Shown piece after piece: positions 18,720-28,320 of a DNA stretch of 64,000 bases. Made by a program: the position numbers and the translations under genes. Positions within the stretch are counted from its first letter, which is position 1, and every line of letters starts with the position of its first letter. The DNA is from an uncultured Armatimonadetes bacterium (GTDB taxonomy: Bacteria; Armatimonadota; UBA5829; DTJY01): assembly GCA_963717145.1 (NCBI GenBank), contig OY970325.1, positions 256,001 through 320,000 of the forward strand, in the 5' to 3' direction. A model generated the notes under the pieces. That model was not told the origin of the DNA. It worked only from the letters and a program-made list of their open reading frames with translations, and ran no database searches.

Positions 18720-19913
18720 CTATGCGACTCGAGCCCCGACTCCCTTTCCCCTGTCCGATGGACGCACCCGTTGCTGATGGATGATCGCTACCCTGGCATG
18801 AAGGGGCAGGTTCGCGCGCACTACGTCAGTCAGCGGCATTCGGTATACCGGCCGGCCATACACAGGCACATCGCTCGCCTTCTTCTTAGCCCCCAGGCTG
18901 CGCACCATGATATACGTCGTCGCCGCCACGATCACTATCCAGCAGGCGATATCACCGACGCCGGTTGAGGCCTTGGGTCGAGGCTCCTGCACTCGTGGGA
19001 ACACCGACTGCGGCTTCCCCAGGCTCAGACTGACAGCCGCCAACTGAGCGCCAATACGTGGATCGTCGGATCGTGCGAGCGTGCGGACGGCCGTGATCAC
19101 GACGTCCCGGTACAGGCGCTTCCGGGTCTCCCTCGGCTGATCGGATGCCGTCTCGACCAGCAGACCGCATATCCCCAGGCCCGCGAAATGCCGGTGTGCC
19201 AGCCGGGTGTCTGCCTCGTCTCGGTAGAAGACCATCTGCGGGATGTTTGCGCTCGTCATCCCATGGCGGGTGAAGGCCGATAGAAGCCTTGCCAGCTTGA
19301 GTTGAGGCTTGCTCCCGAAACCGGCCACCTCGATGCAGTTTGTGTGAAGAGGATTCCGGTCCATCCATTCGTGCAGGTCGATCACCACTTGCGGCTTGAA
19401 CCGGTTCACCAGCTTCTGAACGGAGAGCGTCTCCGGCACAGTTGGGGATGCCCAACTCCTGTTCGGATCGGCGCCCTGGGAGTTCAGCCTGCGGTGGGAC
19501 GCAAACCCGTCCGGATTCACGACTGGTACCAGCACGAGTCTCACTCGAGGAGGCAATCCCCCGCGCGACAGCTCCCCCGCGAGGTCGAGCATCGCATAGA
19601 CCGGGCTCACTTCATCCCCGTGCTGACCGCTCATCACGAGCACGCGCACCTGGCCCTGAGGGTCGTCCGCCTTGGCGTCCGCGAGCAGCACGGCGAAGAT
19701 CGGCCGTCCGCCCGCCGATTTGCCGATCTCGAGGACTCGGGCGCACGGAGATCCATCGATTGCTTTCACGCGCGAGATGACTGCGGCATATGGGTCAGCC
19801 GCCTGGAGAGGGCCCTCGATGAGGAACGCGATTGCGACCAGGGAGAGCAACCACGCTGGGAGTGGCCGCCGTCGCAGAGAGGTATCAACGCATGCTGTCG
19901 AGGAATCTTGCAT
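18720..19913 (-). CDS. M14 zinc carboxypeptidase, N-terminal signal/TM and C-terminal TM (start uncertain)
   Basis: QHGDE, NPDG, DPNR, DLHE and LVET motifs. Confidence 0.85.
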   Translation of the reverse strand: MQDSSTACVDTSLRRRPLPAWLLSLVAIAFLIEGPLQAADPYAAVISRVKAIDGSPCARVLEIGKSAGGRPIFAVLLADAKADDPQGQVRVLVMSGQHGDEVSPVYAMLDLAGELSRGGLPPRVRLVLVPVVNPDGFASHRRLNSQGADPNRSWASPTVPETLSVQKLVNRFKPQVVIDLHEWMDRNPLHTNCIEVAGFGSKPQLKLARLLSAFTRHGMTSANIPQMVFYRDEADTRLAHRHFAGLGICGLLVETASDQPRETRKRLYRDVVITAVRTLARSDDPRIGAQLAAVSLSLGKPQSVFPRVQEPRPKASTGVGDIACWIVIVAATTYIMVRSLGAKKKASDVPVYGRPVYRMPLTDVVRANLPLHARVAIIHQQRVRPSDRGKGVGARVA

Positions 19914-20319
19914 CTTGGTCCCGGAGGTTGCTGCTATAGGTCCGGCGCAGGCCGCTATGTTGTTCGAGAGTGATGAGGTCATTACGGCATTGCGCCATTC
20001 GTGCTGACATCTCGGCCTCGCAGTGCCTCTGGTCCTCGTTCAGCGAGATCAGATCCAGGTGGATGTCATCCAGGAAGGTTCGGAGTTCATCGTCCAGACC
20101 GGCGTCAGAGCGTTCGATCTCCTGCACGAGCGGTTTCAGTGCCTCCCCGCACCTCACAAGCTCCATGCACAGAATCGACCGCGATTCGATCAGGTCTCCG
20201 GTGGACTCGATCCCCGACTCGTCGAGCGTTCTCAGAAAATCGTCTCGGATATCCGACAGCCGACGGATCAGGCTGTTGTATTCGTTTCCGCACTCCAGCG
20301 CTCGATCTCGGAGGGTCAT
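19885..20319 (-). CDS. FliT/FlgN-like helical export chaperone
   Basis: All-helical ~144 aa after fliS, ends ARFLDSMR. Confidence 0.6.
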   Translation of the reverse strand: MTLRDRALECGNEYNSLIRRLSDIRDDFLRTLDESGIESTGDLIESRSILCMELVRCGEALKPLVQEIERSDAGLDDELRTFLDDIHLDLISLNEDQRHCEAEMSARMAQCRNDLITLEQHSGLRRTYSSNLRDQDARFLDSMR

Positions 20320-20738
20320 GCTGCTTTGACCTCCTGGCCTCTCCCGGAGCGGACCATCATTTCGGCATCCGCCCATGCCGACCTGAGATCGCTCAGGAGG
20401 CCGATGACCTCCTGCAAAGCTCCGGCGTTGTCATGTATGTTGGCGTCAGTCAGGCGGTCGAACATGTAGCTGTAGAGACTGGCCAGGCTATCTGCCAACT
20501 CGGGATTGCTCTCCCTGTCGAGGCACGACGTCAGCTCGGTAAGGATTGCCTGCGTCCTGGTGATGCTGGTGCTCTGGACATCGAGTCTGCCGGCTTTCAT
20601 CCCTTCCATGCCCGTCTTGGCAAACCGGATTGCGCCATCGTAGGCAAGGACAATGAGCCTGCCTGGAGTTGCAGTATTGATCTGGGTGTCAGTGTACTGA
20701 GAAAACGGGTTCTTCATTACCATGGCAGAGGCTGTCAT
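20316..20738 (-). CDS. fliS: Flagellin chaperone FliS
   Basis: TATPGRLIVLAYDGAIRF...LASLYSYM...LRSAW. Confidence 0.95.
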   Translation of the reverse strand: MTASAMVMKNPFSQYTDTQINTATPGRLIVLAYDGAIRFAKTGMEGMKAGRLDVQSTSITRTQAILTELTSCLDRESNPELADSLASLYSYMFDRLTDANIHDNAGALQEVIGLLSDLRSAWADAEMMVRSGRGQEVKAA

Positions 20739-20766
20739 CTCCTGAGTAGTAGTCGCCTGCTGTGCG

Positions 20767-22744
20767 CTAGAGCCATCCATTCGACGCCGAAGCCAGTTGG
20801 CCGCTGAGGAATGATCCCTGGCTCTGCAACTGGCTGAGCGCGCTCTCCATCCTGGCGTACTGGATTACCAACCGTTCGCGTCTTGCCTCGACCCGTGTCT
20901 CCAGGTCGGCGATGTCTTCGTCGATGTCCTTCATCATCGTCGTCAGAGTGTCCTGAGACGTCTTGATGGCTCCTGTACCGGGCCATGTGATGAAATCGAG
21001 ATACTCGGACAGGACCGTTCCGACGCCCTTGGTGATGGCGATCGTGCCGTAGCTTCCGGTTGCCTGAGCCGTGATCCTGATCTTCAGGCCGTCGGTCGTC
21101 AGGTTTCCGGAGTTGCCTACGAGCACCTGGCCCGCGCCAGTCGCGGCCTCGCCGTTGATCGTTCCTGCGACATCCGTCCCGGCGGCGCCTGTGCCTGTCC
21201 CTGCTTCGCCACCCGGGCTTGCGATGGTGACCTGCACGGTTCCGAGGCCGGATGCAGTCCCGCCCCCGCCGTTCGATACAGTGGAGACGGCTGAGATGGT
21301 CTGAGCCGATCCGTGTGTTGCTTGCGTCAGCGTCAGGTAGTTGCCGGATCCGGTACCGCTGCTGTCCGTCAGCGAGGCGATGACGCCTGTCTCGGCGGTC
21401 TGTTCATTGATCCTGGCGGCCACCTGGAGTTGTGTCATGCCGGCAGTTAGGTTCACCGTCTTGCCGTTGATAGTGAGCTGCTCATCTGCCAGCAATACCG
21501 CCGTCTGCGCGACCCCCGCGGTCACCCTTGCCTGGGTGGCCACCGCCGTTATCACGACCGGATAGGCCGCCCCGGTCGCCTCGGTCTTGTCCGTCGTGCC
21601 TACGAACGATACGAATGGGCTGGTTGCGTCCCCCATAGTGGCGAACAAGTTCTTGATCTGCGGCAGGTCGTTGGAGAGGGCCTCATCCAGTATGCTGTCA
21701 TCTACAGTCAGCTTGTTGCCGCCGACTGCGGTCTTGATGCCGATCTGCGATAGAAGCGTGATTTCCTGGTCGAGGCCGGGAACGCTCCCAAAAAGCTTGT
21801 TGAAGAGATCGCCCTGAACCGAGCGCAGGTTCGAATCAGAGAAGAGCGCGCCCGAACTCTTGGTCGCAGGGTCATACTTGAACTGCTTGTTAATATAGTC
21901 GGTCAGGTTGTTGTACTGGTCGACGAAATCCTTGATCGCCTGTTTCACGGCGGCGGTGTCCTCGCCGATCGTTACCGCCACGGTCTTAGTCACATCAGCC
22001 GACTGAACATCGAGGGTCACGCCGGGGATGAGGCCTGTCACCTTGTTGGTGCTGCTCTCGACGGTGATCGCTCCCACGCCTTCTCCCATCGTCACTGACG
22101 CGTTCTGGGCCGTCTGGACGACCGTGTTGAACGTCGGGACAGTTCCGGTGGTCGATATCGTCATCTGGCCGGAGGACCCGCTGGTAGTGCTGGTCAGGAC
22201 GAGGTGATAGGGCGTATCACCGGTGCCGTCATCGATGATGGAAGCCTTCACCTCGGCGCCCGAGCGGTTGATGGCATCACGGAGGCCTGTCAAAGTGTTG
22301 TTCGAATCATCGAGCGTGATTACGGTAGGGTCGCCGTCGCCGGTGGTGATGCTGATCGTGCCCGTCCCGATAGTGGCAGTAGTCGCATCGACGTAGCCGT
22401 CACCGTCCGTCCGGATCTGATGCGCCCGGGCGACGGAGTTGACCTTGACGTAGTAGATGCCGGCATCGGCGCCGGTGGTCACGGTACCCTTGAGGAGAGA
22501 GTCATCGCTAGTTGAGAACGTCCTGGCGTCGAAGGTGATGCTCCGCGACAGAGCGTCCATCTTCTCCTTGAGGGCCAGGATGCGGGTGTTCATCTCCTGC
22601 CAGGCGGCAAGCTTGATGTTGAGCTTGCTCCTCCTGGACTCGCAGCCTGGTGATGGGGATTCGCTCGAGTTCGACGAGCTTGGCGATGATATCCTGGGTG
22701 TTCAACCCCGAGGCTAATCCACCGATCGATGTCGTTCCCGGCAT
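20767..22744 (-). CDS. fliD: Filament cap protein FliD; single frameshift ~22652
   Basis: GLASGLNTQDIIAKLVELER N-terminus joins ...KLAAWQEMNTRIL...; C-terminus YARMESALSQLQSQ. Confidence 0.92.
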
Positions 22745-22771
22745 CTAGGTCATCCCTCTCGTGCTTGAGCG

Positions 22772-22848
22772 AAAGAAGCGGCCGTCCCTCCCCCCACGTC
22801 GGGGATGGAATTCAACTCCATCCCCAACACGGAGGGAGGGGACGGCCG
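22772..22848 (-). terminator. Long GC hairpin followed by a pyrimidine tract, after fliC
   Basis: CGGCCGTCCC...GGGACGGCCG then CTTCTTTC on the minus strand. Confidence 0.55.
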
Positions 22849-22875
22849 TGTTAGTCACTTACGCGTTCCTCAGGC

Positions 22876-23700
22876 CTATCTCAGGAGAGAGAGAAGCGAC
22901 TGAGGAGCAGCATTGGCCTGTGTCAGCATTGCAGTGCCGGCCTGGAGCAGGATCTGGTTCCGAGTGAAGTTAACCATCTCGGCGGCCATATCCGTGTCTC
23001 TGACCGTGCTCTCGGATGCCGCGATGTTCTCACGGGCAACGCTCAGGGAGTTGATGTTCGACTCCATGTCCATCTGAGCAGCACCCAGCTCGGCCCTCAG
23101 GGTCGAGACAGTGCTGATCGCGGTATCCAACAGACCGATAGCCAGGGTCGCATTGGCAGCGGTCGACACGTCGAGCGCGTTAATGCCCAGCGCGGTCGCA
23201 TCGCTATCTGCGATCGTGACCGTGGCGGTCTGGTTGGCGTTGGCGCCGATCTGGAAGTCGATGCCCGCGGCGAATGTGCCGTCGAGCAACTTCTTAGTCC
23301 CGAACTGAGTATTGTCCGAGATCCTGGTCAGAGCCAGTGCCGCTGCGTCGATCTGCGTCTGGTCTGCAGCGACTGAGGTGGCGTCGTTCGCACCTTCGTT
23401 CGCTGCATGCACTGCCAGGTTGCGCATGGTACGGAGCAGAGAGTGAACCTCAGCGAGGGCTCCCTCTGCGGTCCGGATCACGTTGACGGCGTCGCTCGAG
23501 TTCGCGATCGCCTGGCCGAGTCCACTGACCTGCGCACGCAAGTTCTCGGAAATCGCCAGTCCGGCGGGATCGTCCGCAGCGCGGTTGATCCGATAGCCGG
23601 ATGACAATCGCTCGATAGAGACGCTCAGAGCCTTGTCTGTGCTCTGCAACTGTCGGTGCGCGCTCAGCGCTGCTGAGTTAAGGTTGATACGAAGTGACAT
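22876..23700 (-). CDS. fliC: Flagellin (short, 274 aa)
   Basis: ERLSSGYRINRAADDPAGLAISE; RDTDMAAEM...QAGTAMLTQAN. Confidence 0.98.
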   Translation of the reverse strand: MSLRINLNSAALSAHRQLQSTDKALSVSIERLSSGYRINRAADDPAGLAISENLRAQVSGLGQAIANSSDAVNVIRTAEGALAEVHSLLRTMRNLAVHAANEGANDATSVAADQTQIDAAALALTRISDNTQFGTKKLLDGTFAAGIDFQIGANANQTATVTIADSDATALGINALDVSTAANATLAIGLLDTAISTVSTLRAELGAAQMDMESNINSLSVARENIAASESTVRDTDMAAEMVNFTRNQILLQAGTAMLTQANAAPQSLLSLLR

Positions 23701-23706
23701 ACCGTA

Positions 23707-23745
23707 GATCCTCCTTGAGATCGACTACCCCGAATCCTTTCGGAG
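23707..23745 (-). promoter_or_regulatory. Putative CsrA-binding GGA motifs in the flagellin 5' UTR
   Basis: CTCCGAA-AGGA-TTCGGGG hairpin and GATCTC-AAGGAG-GATC overlapping the SD. Confidence 0.6.
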
Positions 23746-23959
23746 TGGGGGCAATATTGCCCCTGTAGCTATTACCGGCTTGGTTATTCCACATTCGGCT
23801 CCATTACCGGCAACTATTTCCAGCGCTGGGAACCGAAAACTCAGGGATGTGCGGCAGCGCCTGCTAAAGGTGCGCCGCACCTACTACGCGCATATCTCAT
23901 CACGCTCCTTCCGGTTGCCGTGATAACGACCGCGTATTTTGCTGCAGCCGAGACCGACG

Positions 23960-24199
23960 TTATTCTGCCTTCTTGGCAGGCAGGACTTGGTCCAGTTTTT
24001 CGCCGCCATCAAGGGCGGACGCCGCCGCCTGCATGTTCTCGGCGGTCACCTGTTCCAGAAGCTCTTTCCTATGTACGGCTATGCTCCGTGGCGCCGTTAT
24101 GCCTATGCGCACCTGTTCGCCGCGGACATCCACGACTGTGATCTCGATGTCACCCGCGATCACTATGCGTTGGCCGATTTTTCGTGATAGAATAAGCAT
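23960..24199 (-). CDS. csrA: Carbon storage regulator CsrA
   Basis: MLILSRKIGQRIVI...VRIGITAPRSIAVHRKE. Confidence 0.96.
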   Translation of the reverse strand: MLILSRKIGQRIVIAGDIEITVVDVRGEQVRIGITAPRSIAVHRKELLEQVTAENMQAAASALDGGEKLDQVLPAKKAE

Positions 24200-24215
24200 C
24201 GTGCTTTGCCCCCAA

Positions 24216-24671
24216 TCAGGCTGCTCTAGCCGTCTGCGAGTCCATCCTTGGCAACTCGCAGATTGTGTGTTTTGCCCCGTATCGTTCGTCCTGTAGCACG
24301 AACTGCCTCGCCGTCAGGCTGCGCGAGTTCATGACTACCGGTCCCAGCAGGTTAGTAGTGATCATGCCATCGTTGTCGATGGTCACCGTCGTCAGCATCG
24401 CAGCGTCGCTGGGATCGCCGAGATCCAGGGATTCAGCCTGCTCATCCGTGAGTTCGATCTCGTAATACGGGAAGAACTCCATCGGATTGACGACGATGAA
24501 CGCCAGCGACGGCTCATCCACCGCCTGCAGCCACTTGTATGCCGTATCCGGTCGGTCCTCCAGCAGCGCATAGCGTCTGACGGACTCGAATCCGAACATC
24601 CCTTCGGGCATGTGGATGATGGATTCCTCAGCGATCTCGATTGTCCCGAACCTGGTCGTGTCGATATTCAT
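24216..24671 (-). CDS. fliW: Flagellar assembly factor FliW
   Basis: TTRFG...GMFGFE...WLQAVDEPSLAF...TNLLGPVV. Confidence 0.95.
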   Translation of the reverse strand: MNIDTTRFGTIEIAEESIIHMPEGMFGFESVRRYALLEDRPDTAYKWLQAVDEPSLAFIVVNPMEFFPYYEIELTDEQAESLDLGDPSDAAMLTTVTIDNDGMITTNLLGPVVMNSRSLTARQFVLQDERYGAKHTICELPRMDSQTARAA

Positions 24672-24694
24672 AGCTTACAACCCTCCCCTTATGG

Positions 24695-25609
24695 CTACTG
24701 CAGAAAATCTGCAAGTGTTATATCAAGCAGCCTTCCTGCAGTCGATATTGCCGCCTGGTATACGTTCTCTCTTACTCGGAGCGCCACCAGGGCCTCCGCC
24801 ATATCCGCATCCTCATTGCGCGAAAGCAGTTCACTCGCGTTGATCTTCGAATCTGCGAGCGCATCGCTGTTCAGCTCGAGTCGTCTCAACGTCTCACCGA
24901 CTTGCGATCTGATGGATATCGCGTTGCCGAGATTCGCGTCGATATCGGTGATCTCAGCGGACATTGCAGCGACGTCACCCGCCAGGACAGCGTCTCTAAG
25001 ATCCCGTACCATCGTGAAAACGTCCGGCGTCCCGGGCGCAGATGCGCTCCCAATGTTGAACACCGTATCTCCGGTGACCCCGGCCTGGACGAGCGATCCC
25101 GGGCCGACCCGGATGTTCAGCCGGTTGCCGTCACCCTGGTAAAGATAAGGGGGCGATCCGGCGACATTCTCTATTATCGGTTGGGTATTGCTCAGACTAC
25201 CAGAAAAAATATATTTGCCCATGTGCAGGGTGTTTCCGGTGTTTGCGAGAGTCTCCCCGATCTTCTCTATCTGGGTAGCCAGGTTGGCCCTTGCAGCCTC
25301 TGTCACTGCAGGACTGGCGGCCGATAGGGCGAGCGTCCTCAACTGCTGAATCGAGCCGACGACCGAGTCGAGAGCGCTGCTGGTAACAGACAATTGGCTC
25401 ACGGCCACGTCTGTGTTCCGGTTGTACTGCTCGATCGAGGAGAGCGCCGACCGCAGGCTGAGAGACTTGCCCGTCCCGATCGGATCGTCCGATGGCGTGG
25501 CGATCCGCTTGCCGGTGGTCGCCATGTTCTGCGCCCGGAGCAACTGATCGGAACTGGACATCAAATTCGTTCGTATCCTTTCGGAGAGCATGGAAGTTGT
25601 GACTCTCAT
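24695..25609 (-). CDS. flgL: Hook-associated protein 3
   Basis: TGKRIATPSDDP; YIFSG; EDADMAEA. Confidence 0.95.
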   Translation of the reverse strand: MRVTTSMLSERIRTNLMSSSDQLLRAQNMATTGKRIATPSDDPIGTGKSLSLRSALSSIEQYNRNTDVAVSQLSVTSSALDSVVGSIQQLRTLALSAASPAVTEAARANLATQIEKIGETLANTGNTLHMGKYIFSGSLSNTQPIIENVAGSPPYLYQGDGNRLNIRVGPGSLVQAGVTGDTVFNIGSASAPGTPDVFTMVRDLRDAVLAGDVAAMSAEITDIDANLGNAISIRSQVGETLRRLELNSDALADSKINASELLSRNEDADMAEALVALRVRENVYQAAISTAGRLLDITLADFLQ

Positions 25610-25613
25610 CCAT

Positions 25614-26999
25614 CTACCTCCCGGTCCCCATGCGGTTGACGACCGTATCGATCATCTCATCGATGACCGAGACAACGCGGGCCGCAGCATTGTAGGCCTG
25701 CTGGAACTTGACCAGGTTGATCATCTCTTCGTCGATCGACACGCCGGCCAGCGATTCGCGCTGGGTCTCCAGGTATTGCAGGGACACGGTGTTGACCTCA
25801 TTCTGAGTGGTCACCTCGCGCGAATTCGAACCCATATGCACTACCAGGTTGTTGTAGGCCACACCGACGGGCTGACTGTCGATCAGGGCTTCATCCCTGA
25901 CCCCCGTGATGGCCATCGCGAGCTGGTTGTCGCCCGGTCTACCGGTCGTCGAAGTGGCAACCGTCGAAGGCACGGCGACCAGTGCAGGATCTACACCTAT
26001 GTTGGATGCGTCAGCGCCCGGAATGAAGAACGGGCCGGTAGGGTTGCCGTTCAGGTCGACTCCAGTCGAGTGCAACTCGTTGACCCGGTTGACCAGCGTG
26101 GAAGCGATCGTGTTCAGAGAGTCTATGTAGCCGCTGACCGTCACGCTGCGTACCTTCATGAGCCCTTCGATCTCGCCGCCTTCGGGTTCGAAAGTCGATC
26201 CGTCGCCGGTCCACTTGAGTTCACTCCAGCCGTCCGCTCCTGTCGAGACCGCCAGCTCGGTGACATGCTCTCCCTGCACCAGGACTTTGCCGCTGATGCT
26301 GACGATGCAATCAGCGCCTCCACTGCCGAAAGTCTGTATCCGCGCCATGCTCGACAGCTCATCGATGAGGATATCTCGCCGGTCCAGCAGATCATTTGGC
26401 GCGACGACGCCGTTCTCGGAACGGACCAACTCTCTGTTGATGTCCGCAATCTGATGGGCCAGGTCATTGATGCGCGAGGCATCGTTCCGGATCTCCTTGT
26501 CAGCCTGAACCTGAACCTCGTGCAGATTGGCGTTCAGCGTCCGGAACCTGTCCGACAGGGCAACGCCTGCCTCGACGACACCGATGCGGGCGGATATGTT
26601 GTCGGGATTCGATGAGAGTTCATCCCATGCGTTCCAGAACTTGTCGAGCGCCGTCGACAGACCCGCTCCTCCGGGTTCGGCGAAGACCGACTCCACCTGC
26701 TTGAGGCTGTCGCTTTGTGCGCTGTACGAGCCGAGGAACTGGTTCATCTCTCGTATCTGACCGTCGATGTGGCTGCTCTGCAAGCGCCGGACTTCATGGA
26801 TAGTGACCCCGGTGCCGAGCTGCGGGATGCCCTGGCCGGTCGACGTTCCGCCCGATGTTGTTGTGCCCGGCAGGAAGACCGCCTCCTGGCGATGGTACCC
26901 TTTGGTGCCGGCGTTAGCGATGTTGTTGCCCGTGACGTTAAGGGCATACTGGTTCGCACGCAGGGCGCTTATTGCGATGTCGAGTCCAAGGAATGACAC
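25614..26999 (-). CDS. flgK: Hook-associated protein 1
   Basis: NNIANAGTKGYHRQ; NDLLDRRD; GVSIDEEMINL. Confidence 0.96.
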   Translation of the reverse strand: MSFLGLDIAISALRANQYALNVTGNNIANAGTKGYHRQEAVFLPGTTTSGGTSTGQGIPQLGTGVTIHEVRRLQSSHIDGQIREMNQFLGSYSAQSDSLKQVESVFAEPGGAGLSTALDKFWNAWDELSSNPDNISARIGVVEAGVALSDRFRTLNANLHEVQVQADKEIRNDASRINDLAHQIADINRELVRSENGVVAPNDLLDRRDILIDELSSMARIQTFGSGGADCIVSISGKVLVQGEHVTELAVSTGADGWSELKWTGDGSTFEPEGGEIEGLMKVRSVTVSGYIDSLNTIASTLVNRVNELHSTGVDLNGNPTGPFFIPGADASNIGVDPALVAVPSTVATSTTGRPGDNQLAMAITGVRDEALIDSQPVGVAYNNLVVHMGSNSREVTTQNEVNTVSLQYLETQRESLAGVSIDEEMINLVKFQQAYNAAARVVSVIDEMIDTVVNRMGTGR

Positions 27000-27012
27000 T
27001 GTGGACCTCCGA

Positions 27013-27534
27013 CTAAACCTTTCTGTCCAGGAGCAGGGCAGCGCCGCCTGGATCCGCCGCCGGATCGTAGGTCTGCTGCTCGCTCACAAGCTTGGATATG
27101 ATGCCGACGGAGAACTGGACGTACTCCATCATGGTCTTGAGCAATTGCGTATTGCCTGCCACCAGAGCCTGAAGAACGACCGCCAGGGCTCTGGTCTCCC
27201 GGTTGATCCCGGCGTATTGCGCCTCGAACTCGGACGCTGATGCTTCGGTAGGGGAGGCCTTCAGCGGCCTCCCGGCCGGGAGGCCGTTGAAGGCCTCCCC
27301 TACGGGACCATCCGACTCCGCGAGCATCCCGAGCAGCGACTCCTCGCGCTTCTCGACCTTCGCCAGATCGATCAGCAGCGGGTCGTGCTTCCTCAGGTTC
27401 TCCTGCAGGTCAGCATGTCGCCGCTCCAGGAGTATGGCGCGTTGTTCCTCGGCCAGTGAGATCAGCTCCTGCAAACGCTGAAGCCTGAACCGTGCGGCCG
27501 TTATCAACTCGTTTCTGATGGTAGTAGCGTCCAT
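27013..27534 (-). CDS. flgN: Export chaperone FlgN carrying an in-frame palindrome insertion
   Basis: Helical protein between flgM and flgK, ends LLDRKV. Confidence 0.8.
   Translation of the reverse strand: MDATTIRNELITAARFRLQRLQELISLAEEQRAILLERRHADLQENLRKHDPLLIDLAKVEKREESLLGMLAESDGPVGEAFNGLPAGRPLKASPTEASASEFEAQYAGINRETRALAVVLQALVAGNTQLLKTMMEYVQFSVGIISKLVSEQQTYDPAADPGGAALLLDRKV
27248..27303. repeat. Intragenic REP-A doublet in flgN
   Basis: GTAGGGGAGGCCTTCAGCGGCCTCCCGGCCGGGAGGCCGTTGAAGGCCTCCCCTAC. Confidence 0.93.
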
Positions 27535-27542
27535 GGATACAC

Positions 27543-27839
27543 CTAGTTGCCGAATCTGCCGTCTGCGGCGCTCTTGAACATGCTCTGAGCCAGTTGGCTC
27601 TCGTTGACTTCGTAGTCGCCGGCAGAGACCTTCTGCCTGATGCCGTCGACTATGTCGTTTCTGATATCCGGTAGCGATGCCATCGCCTGTTTTATCTTCT
27701 GCATTTCCGTCGCCTGTCTGGATATGGTAAGTCTGTCCGCCCCGCGGGCGGCATCAACGCCGGGCAACGATTGCATCCCATACACCTTGTGCATGTGAAG
27801 CTCCATGACCCTGTTTATCTGAGTGCTGCTGATATGCAT
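27543..27839 (-). CDS. flgM: Anti-sigma-28 factor FlgM
   Basis: DRLTISRQA...PDIRNDIVDGIRQKVSAGDYEV. Confidence 0.9.
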   Translation of the reverse strand: MHISSTQINRVMELHMHKVYGMQSLPGVDAARGADRLTISRQATEMQKIKQAMASLPDIRNDIVDGIRQKVSAGDYEVNESQLAQSMFKSAADGRFGN

Positions 27840-27878
27840 GACTGACACCCTTTTTCGATTTCGTGGCTACCGAGTTAA

Positions 27879-27906
27879 TCCTCGGCACTTTCCACCGGGA
27901 CTTTAG
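27879..27906 (-). promoter_or_regulatory. Sigma-28 promoter of flgM
   Basis: CTAAA-N15-GCCGAGGA. Confidence 0.65.
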
Positions 27907-28193
27907 CGCTTTTTCAGCGCCGCCAGTTGGGCGTAGATCGTATCGCCAAGCCCGATCGCGCCGCTCTCCGACATCTGCGTGGCATACTGCTCATCGAGCA
28001 TGCCCTGGAATATCTCTTCCTTGTCCTTGGATCCAAAGAGATCGCTCTTCGGGATCGATGCGCGCATCTTGGACAGCATCTGCTGAACCAACAGCGACTC
28101 GAAGTCCCGGCATGCCTTCCTGAGCTTCACGTCCTCTATGTCAGGCTTTGTCTGTGCCGCAGGACCAGCCGCCTGCACGTTCTCGATTCTCAT
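27903..28193 (-). CDS. flgJ: FlgJ, rod-binding domain only
   Basis: LRKACRDFESLLVQQMLSKMR...GMLDEQYA...GLGDTIYAQL; no muramidase domain. Confidence 0.88.
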   Translation of the reverse strand: MRIENVQAAGPAAQTKPDIEDVKLRKACRDFESLLVQQMLSKMRASIPKSDLFGSKDKEEIFQGMLDEQYATQMSESGAIGLGDTIYAQLAALKKR

Positions 28194-28210
28194 GGTTCCA
28201 ATCTCCCAAC

Positions 28211-28317
28211 GTAGTGGCCGCGCCTCTGTGCCGGCCATCTGTCTCCAAACCGGTAGCGGCCGCGCCTCTGTGCCGGCCATCCCCCGTCGCTGGCCGGCAC
28301 GGAGGCACGGCCACTAC
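28211..28317. repeat. REP family D cluster (3 copies)
   Basis: GTAG(T/C)GGCCGCGCCTCTGTGCCGGCCA at 28211 and 28253; reversed variant at 28291-28317. Confidence 0.85.
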
Positions 28318-28320
28318 GTG

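Noticed and set aside
23790-23820. Sigma-28 promoter of fliC (AATAG-N14-GCCGAATG)
   Set aside because: The -35 match is too weak to call, although such a promoter is expected
23760-23959. c-di-GMP riboswitch or Csr-type sRNA upstream of fliC
   Set aside because: No GEMM consensus or multi-GGA array recognised
28194-28280. N-terminal MAGTEARPL repeat extension of FlgJ as a third coding REP
   Set aside because: A better start with RBS exists at 28193; the extension is intergenic REP-D read in an open frame
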